Positions 55,501 through 64,000 of a DNA stretch of 64,000 nucleotides are shown here, piece by piece (within the stretch, counting starts at the first letter, position 1; the number at the start of each line of letters is the position of its first letter). Origin of the DNA: an uncultured Planctomycetaceae bacterium (lineage in GTDB: Bacteria > Planctomycetota > Planctomycetia > Isosphaerales > Isosphaeraceae); contig CAWIAD010000002.1 in the NCBI GenBank assembly GCA_963833985.1, positions 512,001 to 576,000 of the forward strand, written 5' to 3'. A program made the translations under genes and the position numbers. The notes under the pieces are model-generated. The model saw only the letters and a list, made by a program, of their open reading frames with translations. It was not told the DNA's origin and made no database searches.

Positions 55501-55977
55501 CATGTACTGGGCGAGGAAACCACCAGCACCGGAACCGCTCGCTTCGTGGATTCCTCTGTCGAGAGAATCCAGGTCAAGGTTCAGGGTCTGACCGAGGGCC
55601 GGCAAGTCATCACCTGCAACGGCCGGCGCGTTCCTCTGCATCCGACCGGGAGTTGTGGCGAGTTCGTCGCGGGCATCCGCTACCGCGCCTGGCAGCCTCC
55701 CTCCTGCCTGCACCCGACGATCCCGATCCATTCACCGCTGGTCTTCGACATCTATGACCCCTGGCTGAAGCGGTCGGTCGGTGGCTGCACTTATCACGTG
55801 GTCCATCCCGGCGGCCGGTCCTACGACACATTCCCCGTGAACGCCAACGAAGCCGAGGGCCGCCGGCATTCCCGCTTCTTCCCGTACGGCCACACGCCGG
55901 GCACCATGGACGTACCTCCGCTCGAGCGGCACCCGGTCTCCCCCGTGACACTCGACCTCCGCCGGCCTCCCGGATGA
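52586..55977 (+). CDS. Transglutaminase-like domain fused to DUF2126 putative amidoligase (frameshift near 54485)
   Basis: [23 protein letters not shown] (C-H-D triad); [41 protein letters not shown]. Confidence 0.88.
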
Positions 55978-56131
55978 ACGGCACCGCCATTCGTCGGCCC
56001 GGGATTCGAGGCCGCCGGGAACCGAAGCGATGGAGCGAACCGGCGAGCTGTCTATAATGCAGGTACAACCCGTTTCATCCCGGTTCGAGTCCATCCATTC
56101 ACAACCGGCTCTGCTCGCAAGGAGTCTCACG

Positions 56132-56851
56132 ATGATCCAGCGCCTGGCGGCGGGAACTCTTGGAATCGCCGTGGTTCTGACACTTGCTGGAATGGTGCAG
56201 ACCACGCCGCAAGCGAGACAGGCTCCAGCCCCGGCAGACAAGGACGGATCCAAGACCCGTACGGACCCGAGCGGTCCAAAATTGCAGGGGAAGACTCCCG
56301 AGAAGGATACGGCCGGCACCACGAAAAAGAAAACGATCGAGAAGGCCACCTTCGGCGGTGGCTGTTTCTGGTGCATGGAAGCGGTCTTCGAGCGCGTCAA
56401 GGGTGTCAAGATGGTCGTCTCGGGCTACGCGGGGGGCAATGTGCCGAACCCCACCTATGACCTCGTTTGCTCGGGACTGACCGGACACGCCGAAGTGGTC
56501 CAGATCACCTACGACTCATCCGTCGTCACCTACGAGAAGCTGCTTTCGATCTTCTGGGCGGCCCACGACCCGACGACGTTGAACCGCCAGGAAGACGACT
56601 TCGGCCCCAACTACCGCTCGATCATCCTCTATCACAACGACGAACAGAAAGAGGCCGCACTCAAGTCCTACCAGGATCTCACCCGGCGCAAGGTCTACCG
56701 ATCCCCCATCGTCACCGAGCTGGTTCCTTTCAACGTCTTCTATCCCGCCGAGCCATACCACCAGGATTACTACCGCACTCACCAGGGGAGCGAGTACAGC
56801 GATATCTATATCGTGCCCAAGCTCAGGAAGCTGAGGTCGAAGCTCAGGTAG
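56132..56851 (+). CDS. msrA: Peptide methionine-S-sulfoxide reductase with N-terminal signal peptide
   Basis: ATFGGGCFWCMEA, TGHAEVVQI, HDPTTLNRQ, AEPYHQDYY. Confidence 0.92.
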   Translation: MIQRLAAGTLGIAVVLTLAGMVQTTPQARQAPAPADKDGSKTRTDPSGPKLQGKTPEKDTAGTTKKKTIEKATFGGGCFWCMEAVFERVKGVKMVVSGYAGGNVPNPTYDLVCSGLTGHAEVVQITYDSSVVTYEKLLSIFWAAHDPTTLNRQEDDFGPNYRSIILYHNDEQKEAALKSYQDLTRRKVYRSPIVTELVPFNVFYPAEPYHQDYYRTHQGSEYSDIYIVPKLRKLRSKLR

Positions 56852-56890
56852 GGCATTGCCGGAACCGCTCGATCCGCGCGAAGAATGCGC

Positions 56891-56921
56891 TTGACCCTCA
56901 CGTTGCGTGAGGCCGTAGCAT
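56891..56921 (+). promoter_or_regulatory. MerR-type promoter/operator (19-bp spacer)
   Basis: TTGACC-N19-TAGCAT with dyad CCTCACG-TTG-CGTGAGG (56896-56912). Confidence 0.88.
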
Positions 56922-56966
56922 TCCCTCGTCGCATTTGCGTTTGCCGGACCAAGAGCGGAGTCGGCC

Positions 56967-57716
56967 ATGGGAACCGAGGCGCTGACGGTGGGAGAGCTGG
57001 CGCGGCGAGCCGGTCTCACGGTTCGCGCACTGCACCATTACGACGAGATCGGCCTGGTCAGGCCGTCCCGGCGCGGCGAGTCCGGATATCGCCTGTACTC
57101 GGCCCGGGACGTGGCACGGTTGCAGCAGGTCCTCGCGCTGCGGCGCCTCGGCTTCCGGCTGGACGAGATTCGAGATTGCCTCGACCGCCCCGATATTTCA
57201 CTTCGGAACCTGGTCGTCGCTCAGATCGAACAGCTCCGGCAGCGGATCACGCGGGAGCAAGATCTCTGCCGCCGGCTGGAGGCCATGCGCGACCGTCTGG
57301 ACGCGGCCGACCTGGTTTCGGTCGAGGAGATCCTTCAAACCATCGAGGTGATGACGATGATCGAGGAGTATTACACACCCGAACAGCGGGACTTCTTGAA
57401 CGAGCGCCGGGCGTTGCTTGGCGAGGAGCGGATGGGGCAGGTTCCGGGCGACTGGGAGCGGCTCATGACCGAGGTCCGGACCGAGCAGGAGCGGGGCACC
57501 GACCCGCTTGATCCTCGCGTGCTCGACCTGGCGCGGCGCTGGACTGCGCTGGTGCACGAGTTCACCGGGGGAGACGCCGGGATCTCCCAGTCCGTCGGGC
57601 GTCTCTGGAACGAGCAGGCGGACAAGCTCCTGGAGGAGCACCCCATGGAGAACGACCCGCGCGTGCTCATGACTTACCTGGGCCCCGCTCTGCAGGCTGT
57701 GCAAGGAACCGCCTGA
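56967..57716 (+). CDS. MerR family regulator with TipAS-like ligand-binding domain
   Basis: TVGELARRAGLTVRALHHYDEIGL...GYRLY; C-terminal DPLDPRVLDLARRW...FTGGD. Confidence 0.88.
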   Translation: MGTEALTVGELARRAGLTVRALHHYDEIGLVRPSRRGESGYRLYSARDVARLQQVLALRRLGFRLDEIRDCLDRPDISLRNLVVAQIEQLRQRITREQDLCRRLEAMRDRLDAADLVSVEEILQTIEVMTMIEEYYTPEQRDFLNERRALLGEERMGQVPGDWERLMTEVRTEQERGTDPLDPRVLDLARRWTALVHEFTGGDAGISQSVGRLWNEQADKLLEEHPMENDPRVLMTYLGPALQAVQGTA

Positions 57717-57898
57717 GCCTGCCAGCCTGGACCGGGTTTGCCCCGGCGACTGCCCGGGATCGCGGACCTTGGCTCCGGGCTGCCGGAGTGGTATGTTACT
57801 CGGGCATCCCCGGGTCCGCCTGGTGACGGCCTCTGCGGGCGGATTCCGCGGAGGCCGAGCGGGCTGGCCGGGGCTGGCTGTCAAGAAGGAGGTTCGCC

Positions 57899-58909
57899 AT
57901 GATACGCGTGGGAATTGTCGGTCTGGGGTTCATGGGACGCATGCATTATCGCTGCTGGAAAGCGATCCCCGGCGCGGCGGTCACGGCGATCTGTGAAGCC
58001 AACCCCAGGGTCCTGGCCGCCGCCGGCGAGCCCGCCGGGGGCAACGTGGGCGGAGCGGCCGACCACGTGGACCTCACCGGGCTCGACGTTCACACCGACC
58101 TGGGCGCGCTGCTTGCCTCCGGGTCGGTCGATGCCCTGTCCATCACGCTGCCCACGTTCCTGCACGCAGACACCACCATCCAGGCGCTCGAGGCCGGCGT
58201 GCACGTGCTCTGTGAGAAGCCCATGGCGCTCACCGTGGCGGACTGCGACCGCATGGCGGCCGCGGCCCGCGCCTCGGGCCGGGTGCTCCAGATCGGCCAT
58301 TGCATTCGCTTCTGGCCCGAGTATGTCGCCTCGCGCGGGCTCATCCAGAGCGGCCTGTTTGGCCGGCCCATTGGCGCGTCATTCCGCCGCTACACGTCCA
58401 TGCCCGCCTGGAGCCCCGATAGCTGGTTTGCCGACGAGAGCCGCAGTGGCGGCCAGCCGCTGGACCTGCACATTCACGACACCGACTATATACACCATGT
58501 TTTCGGCCTTCCCACCGCGGTGAGCAGCGTGGGCGACGCGCCGCAGACCTATATCTCGACGCAGTACCACTACCCCAACGGCCCGGCCATCGTGGCCGAG
58601 AGCACCTGGCGGATGGCCCCCACCTTCGGCTTCGAGATGAGCTTCGTGGTGGTCCTGGAACAGGCCACCATCCTCTACAACTCGTCCAGTACTCCGGCAA
58701 TCCGCGTCTTGACCACCGAGACGGCTCCACCGTTGCTGGAGGTCCCCGAGGGAGACGGCTACCAGCGCGAGATCGAGCACTTCGCCCGGGTCGTGGCCGG
58801 CGAAAACGTTGAGCCCATCATCACGCCCGAGCAAGCGCGCGATACGATTCGACTGGTGCTCGCCGAGAAGCAATCGGCGCGCGAAGGCCGGAAGATCGCG
58901 ATCGACTGA
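57899..58909 (+). CDS. Gfo/Idh/MocA family oxidoreductase
   Basis: VGIVGLGFMG, VLCEKPMA, DLHIHD. Confidence 0.9.
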   Translation: MIRVGIVGLGFMGRMHYRCWKAIPGAAVTAICEANPRVLAAAGEPAGGNVGGAADHVDLTGLDVHTDLGALLASGSVDALSITLPTFLHADTTIQALEAGVHVLCEKPMALTVADCDRMAAAARASGRVLQIGHCIRFWPEYVASRGLIQSGLFGRPIGASFRRYTSMPAWSPDSWFADESRSGGQPLDLHIHDTDYIHHVFGLPTAVSSVGDAPQTYISTQYHYPNGPAIVAESTWRMAPTFGFEMSFVVVLEQATILYNSSSTPAIRVLTTETAPPLLEVPEGDGYQREIEHFARVVAGENVEPIITPEQARDTIRLVLAEKQSAREGRKIAID

Positions 58910-58968
58910 CACCCGCCGATGGAGCTGAGCCGGGGTGGAAACCGGCGCGGCCTGAACATGCCTGGCTC

Positions 58969-60087
58969 TCAGCTCATGGCCGCAACGGCCTCGAGGATGG
59001 CAGAGATGTAGCCGTAAGTGAAAGCGAAGGCCTGGAGGCTCTGGGAGTCGTCCGGGTGCGTCGGAACGTGATCAGGCATGAGCATAAACTCATAGCCAAC
59101 CTCGTGCAGCGTCCGCGCGACCGCGAGCATGTCCATGTCGCCCTCGTCCGGGAAAACCTCCTGGAAATCATCACGATGCCCGCGGATGTTGCGGAAATGG
59201 ATGTTGAAGATCTTTTTGCACCTGCCGAACTCGCGGATGATGTCGTGAATCTCCCGGCGCGGGTCCTGGAGCATCTCGGCCGTGGTTCCCAGGCAGAGGT
59301 TCAGACCGTGGTACGGGCTCTCCTGGATAGAGAGAAACCTGCGCAGGCCTGCGGGCGTTCCCAGCACGCGCACAATGCCCTGGAATCCCGCGGGCGGCAC
59401 GCCCGGATCATGCGGATGACACGCGGCCCGCACCTTGTATTCATTGCAGACGGGAATCACGCGGTCGAGAAAGTACGTGATTCGTTCCCAGGCCATGTCG
59501 GCCGAAACCTTCCCGGCCCGCGTCAAAGGAGGCTCTGCGCGTGCCTCGGCCAGCCGCCAGGTGCTGTAGCGTGAACCACCCCGGCCCGGTGTCGTGCCCG
59601 TACGCAAGACGCCCAGCAAGCTCATGTTGTACTTGAACGCCGGAATTCCGGCGCCCGCACAGGCCGCGATGATCTTCTGGATCTGTTCGATGTCACGGTC
59701 GCGCTCCGGGCTCTTGCCGAGCATGATCGCGCCCCGGCGCTCGCGGTCGATATGGCTGGACGTCAGGAATGGCAGCCCGATCATGTCCAGCGCGATGCCG
59801 TGCTGCTCGCAAAGGTCGCGCGTCCGTTTCAGGTCCTCAACACTCCACACGCCATCCCCGGCCTGGGCGGGCGGATAACCGCAGATATGGTTCACGCCAT
59901 GTCGCTTCAGATAATCGAGCATCCTCGGCGTCGTGGGCCCCTGCTGCGTTCCGAGGTGCATCTTCATAGGCGGGGCGGAACGCGCTTGCGATTCACCCTC
60001 GCCTCGAATCATCGCGCCAGCATGAACCCGCCCGCCAGGAAGCAGGGCCGCGGTACCCATGAGCGAGACAAACGATCTTCGCTTCAT
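58969..60087 (-). CDS. Mannonate dehydratase (UxuA)-like protein with Tat signal
   Basis: MKRRSFVSL, CHPHDP, GLNLCLGT, IHFRNIRG, EVFPDEGDMDM, MPDHVP. Confidence 0.78.
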   Translation of the reverse strand: MKRRSFVSLMGTAALLPGGRVHAGAMIRGEGESQARSAPPMKMHLGTQQGPTTPRMLDYLKRHGVNHICGYPPAQAGDGVWSVEDLKRTRDLCEQHGIALDMIGLPFLTSSHIDRERRGAIMLGKSPERDRDIEQIQKIIAACAGAGIPAFKYNMSLLGVLRTGTTPGRGGSRYSTWRLAEARAEPPLTRAGKVSADMAWERITYFLDRVIPVCNEYKVRAACHPHDPGVPPAGFQGIVRVLGTPAGLRRFLSIQESPYHGLNLCLGTTAEMLQDPRREIHDIIREFGRCKKIFNIHFRNIRGHRDDFQEVFPDEGDMDMLAVARTLHEVGYEFMLMPDHVPTHPDDSQSLQAFAFTYGYISAILEAVAAMS

Positions 60088-60875
60088 CTCGAGGTTCCTC
60101 TCCATTCGGTACTCGAGCAATCTCATTTTCGATGTCATCGCGGAAAGGCCGCTCTCTACACGATTGTGCGGCCGGCGAATTGCGGGCTCAAGCGGGTTGA
60201 GTCATGCTGAGGAGCGAAAGTCAAGAGGCGCTCTCAAGGCAGGAGCACGGCCATGACCAACTTCTCGTTTCACAAGGTGAGTGTTCTGTGCATCATGCTG
60301 AGCCTGGTCTGCGTGCTCCGGCTGGAGGCTGCCCCTGCTCCGGAGCCCATGTTCCAGGCCGGCTTCGCCGAGCGCGACATCTCGCCGGCGATCGGTATGG
60401 AACAGCCGGGCGGGTACGGCAAGGCGTATCATCAATCTTTTCATGATCCGTGCAAGGCCCGCGCCGCGGTGTTCGACGACGGCAAGGCTCGGCTGGCCAT
60501 CGTCGGGATGGATGCGCTGTTCATCCGCCGCCAGACCGTCCAGGAAATCCGGACGGAGATCCAGAAGCAATGCGGCATCGAGCCGGGGTCCATCCTCATC
60601 ACCGCCTCGCACACGCATTCGGGCGGACCGATCGGGTACTTTCTGCCGGGTGAGTTCGACGACGCGCCGCCTCTTGTGAAGTCGCTGGTTCACGACCGCA
60701 CCGTCTGTGCCGATCCCGCATACCTCGCCAGGGTCGAGCGGGCGGTCGTCGAGGCCGTGTGCGCGGCCGACACCGGCAGGACCAGGGTGCGCGGCAGCGT
60801 CGGGTTCGGACTTGAAGACAAGGTCGCGTTCAATCGCCGGTTCCGGATGAGGGTGGGTTATTCCATGACTCATCC

Positions 60876-62321
60876 CATAGCGTCCAACTTAAGGAATTTG
60901 GCCTAGAAAAAAAGAAAGGAAGTCCTTAATCCAGTTCGCGTTGTATCGAGCAAGCGCGTCCTGGAAGAAGGAGCTTCCGTTGGGGATCATAAACAAGGTG
61001 GCCGTGTTGTTGCAATCGAGCTTGGGTTCGAAACTCGACGAGATCGGTCGTGCGACGGGCGTGATCCGGCGGCAACGAAAATTCTCGGGCGCGTCGCTGC
61101 TCAAGACCATGGTTCTGACTGTGATGAAGACGCCTCGCCCCCATACCAACGACTTCGTCGCGACGGCGGCACTGCTGGGTGTGAACGTGACTGCCGAGGC
61201 GATCGAAAAGCGGTTCTCGGAGAAGCTCGTCGCGCACTTCGCGCGGGTTTGGAACACGTGTTGGAGTCCGTCGTGGAGGCGTCGGCGGCCGGCGTGGCGC
61301 TGCTGGACAAGTTCACCGCCGTCGTGATCGCCGACAGCACCACGGTGACCTTGCCCGACGAATTCGAGGCGGAATTTCCCGGCTGCGGTGGCAAAACGGG
61401 CAGTGGTAAGGCAGCGGTGAAAATTCAGGTGGCGTGGGAACTGCGCCGCGGTCAGTTGGAGAAGTTGGAGGTCCATCCCGGTCGTCACAGCGACGCCACG
61501 AGCGTGGACGTGGACGCACCAGTGGCCTCCGGATCGCTGACGCTCCGCGACCTGGGATACTTTTGCCTGGAGCGGTTCCGATCCATCGGCGCAAGGAGCT
61601 TATTGGATTTCGCGTTGGCAACACGGCACGGCCGTTTTCGACGCGGAGGGGCGGCGATGGGAGATGCTGGCGTTTCTCCGACGGCAACCCGCCGGCATGC
61701 CGGTCGACGTGTCGATCGCGGTGGGCGCGGCGGAGCGTCTGGGATGTCGGTTGATCGCCTTGCGAGTGCCTCCGGAGGTGGCGAACCGACGTCGGCAAGC
61801 GGCCTACGAAAAGGCTCAAAAACACGGCCGCGTGCCCACGCAAGAACATCTGGACTTGTGCGACTGGACGATTTTCCTGACCAACTGCCTGGCCGCACTT
61901 CTGACGTGGAAAGAGGTCGTGGTCCTGTATCGGACGCGCTGGCAAATCGAACTGCTGTTCAAACTTTGGAAATCTCACAACCACCTCGCCGAGTCGCGTG
62001 CACACTGGACCAGCATGGAACGCCTGGCGTTGTTCTGGGCGAAACTGATCGGCGTGGTGCTTCAGCATTGGCTGCTCCTGACCGCGAACGCGGCCGATCC
62101 CCGCCGCAGCCACTGGAAAGCGGCCCGCGTCATCCGGGACTGGATGGAATCCCTGACCCGAGCGTTGGATAACATCGACGAGCTCATACGCACCTTGAGA
62201 GACATGGCCACGACGATCGCCAGCGTCGCTCAGAAGAAACGTCGGAAGAAACGGCCCAGCCTATTCCAACTCCTTTTGGATCCAGAACTTCTGGAATGGA
62301 ATCCTTAAGTTGGACGCTATG
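60876..62321 (+). mobile_element. IS4-family (IS231-like) insertion sequence (~1446 bp)
   Basis: Perfect 20-bp IRs CATAGCGTCCAACTTAAGGA / TCCTTAAGTTGGACGCTATG; direct repeat GGGTTATTCCATGACTCATCC at 60855-60875 and 62322-62342. Confidence 0.9.
60980..62308 (+). CDS. IS4-family DDE transposase, frameshifts near 61240 and 61590
   Basis: IADSTTVTLP, RDLGYF, and the YREK motif YRTRWQIELLFKLWKS. Confidence 0.85.
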
Positions 62322-63286
62322 GGGTTATTCCATGACTCATCCCGGCCAGGGAAACCCAGGAATCATCGAGCCCGCCGGCCCCACCGATCCGCAGGTCGGT
62401 GTGCTGGGTGTCTGGAACCAGGAAGGCAAGCTCTCCGGCTGCCTCGTCAATTTTGCCTGTCATGCCACGACCGGGCCGGGCGGAATATCGGCCGACTACG
62501 TTCATTATGTGGAGAAGACGATCCGGGGGCTGCTGGGCGAACAGGCGATCGTGGTCTTCTTGCCAGGCGCTGCCGGCGACGTGACCCAGGTGAATAATCG
62601 CAGTCCCTACCAGATCAAGCAATTCGGCGAGACCTCCGCGCGGTTCGTGGGCGGGCGAGTGGGCGCCGAGGCCGTGAAGGTCTTGCTCGATCTCGAGCAG
62701 GGAGCCGGACCGCTCGGACCTCTGGCGGCCAGGAGCCGGGAATTGCGAATACCACGCCGGCCGCCGTCGCGCGCACCTGGCGCGGGCTCTGGAGCTTGTC
62801 AAGAAGGACCCCGGCACCGTGGACGCCACGGAGTGGATCTTCGCCAAGGAGACGGTTCTGCTCGATGCCCGGAAGGCCCGCGAGCCGGAAGCGGCGGTCG
62901 AGGTGCAGGCTTTGCAGGTCGGGCCGGTCGTCTTGCTGGTTTGCCCGGCCGAATACTTCTGCCAGTTCGGTCTGGACCTGAAGGCACGCAGCCCGTTCCC
63001 GTTCACCTTCCCGGTCTCGCTCGCCAACGACGCGATCGGCTACGTCCCCACCGAGGAGGCCATGGGTCCGCGCGGTGGTGGCTATGAAACCCGTTTGACG
63101 AGCTACAGCAACCTCGAGCCAGGCGCAGGGCGGCGAATCGCCGACGCCCTGATCGAGCTGTCTCGAGGACTGATGCCCGGACTGATTCCCACACCTCCGG
63201 CACGACCGCCCTTTCGAGGCCAGCCCTGGTCCTATGGCAACTTGCCTCCTCAGCTCGATTGACCGAGATCCGCCCTCGCGAAGCGA

Positions 63287-64000
63287 TCAGGGCCGCTGGC
63301 AGTGGGCCGTGAGCGTCTGCCTGGTGCCGTTGAGCAGGACGACGGCTTGAAGGTCAAAGCTCATCCCGGGTCTGATATCGCTGTAGGTATTGCCGAAGAG
63401 GTCGAACGATTGCCGGCCGGAGAACTCGTCCACGCGGCCGTTCGTGTGGGAGACCACGAGCACGTTGTCTCCCTGGTGGACGGCGATCGGCCAGTGGGTC
63501 GGGTCGGGGCGCATCATCCAGCGACGGCCGTTGCTGGCGCTGATGGTCAGTTCCTCGAGAGAGCTTCTCGGGGGGAAGTCGATCACCGCCAGGAAATGCT
63601 GGTCCTTGGTCCCGTCGGCGTGGCCGGGGTCCTCGTTTTCTTTGTGCCCGCCAACGAAATCTCTGGACTCGTCAAGCCAGAGGAAGCTCACGATCGAGGG
63701 CGTGGTGACGGGCGCTGTGGATGCGGGTGCGGGTGCGCTTGCGGGCTTCTCCGGTGCGGCGGGCTGGGGCTGGGAAGCCGGCATGCGCGCCTGAACCTGG
63801 GCGATCTCTTCGGCCGTGGGCGGAGCGACGTCGAGCTCGATGCGCCGGCCCTTCACGCTTCGCACCGTGCCGAAGTTGATCTTGTCCGCGTAAGCCCGGG
63901 CGCTGTAGACCGGCGTCAGCTTGAGCCGAGATGTCTTGTTTTCGGTGCCCCAGCTCGATCCGCCGGAGTGTGAATAGTCCACGAGAGCTGTGGCTTTCTT
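63287..64000 (-). CDS. Hypothetical protein, C-terminal part (5' end outside the window)
   Basis: Open frame of >=231 aa running off the right edge, with a Pro/Ala linker and a beta-rich C-terminal domain. Confidence 0.5.
   Translation of the reverse strand, partial: KKATALVDYSHSGGSSWGTENKTSRLKLTPVYSARAYADKINFGTVRSVKGRRIELDVAPPTAEEIAQVQARMPASQPQPAAPEKPASAPAPASTAPVTTPSIVSFLWLDESRDFVGGHKENEDPGHADGTKDQHFLAVIDFPPRSSLEELTISASNGRRWMMRPDPTHWPIAVHQGDNVLVVSHTNGRVDEFSGRQSFDLFGNTYSDIRPGMSFDLQAVVLLNGTRQTLTAHCQRP

Larger units (their letters stand above)
60253..63262 (+). pseudogene. Neutral/alkaline ceramidase-like hydrolase interrupted by an IS4-family element (further frameshift near 62770)
   Basis: TASHTHSGGP...AFNRRFRMRVGYSMTHP | GQGNPG...NFACHAT, GAAGDV, SLANDAIGYVPT. 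Removing the IS and one target copy restores the frame. Confidence 0.78.

Overview
GC-rich bacterial chromosome segment, very likely a Planctomycete of the Isosphaeraceae type. Markers are a DUF1501 + PSCyt/DUF1549-1553 pair, an ECF sigma-DUF1559 fusion and a LEPRxLL-type secreted peptide. The window carries catabolic enzymes (GH116, CE15, esterases, mandelate racemase, UxuA-like), a TetR/ABC/MFP efflux operon, a hybrid kinase, rtcA, gltBD, a circularly permuted ATP-grasp/alpha-E/transglutaminase-amidoligase operon, msrA, a TipA-like MerR regulator and three classical IS elements (ISKra4, IS701, IS4/IS231-like). The most unusual feature is at 38.9-43.4 kb: an HUH/Y1 (RAYT-like) transposase flanked on both sides by outward-facing arrays of a non-palindromic end motif, GAA(G)TGTGGRTGGCCC (5 copies left, 10 right). 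Each motif is followed by short 'stutter' repeats, and the arrays consist of nested, co-terminal truncated copies of the element's ends. Other candidates are a sigma54-promoter-to-terminator small RNA (~13.5-13.6 kb), a leader peptide upstream of an RbfA paralogue, and an IS4-family insertion with a 17-21 bp target duplication. About 14 single-base frameshifts, including one in gltB, look like long-read assembly errors. All protein calls come from motif recognition by eye; no database searches were run.
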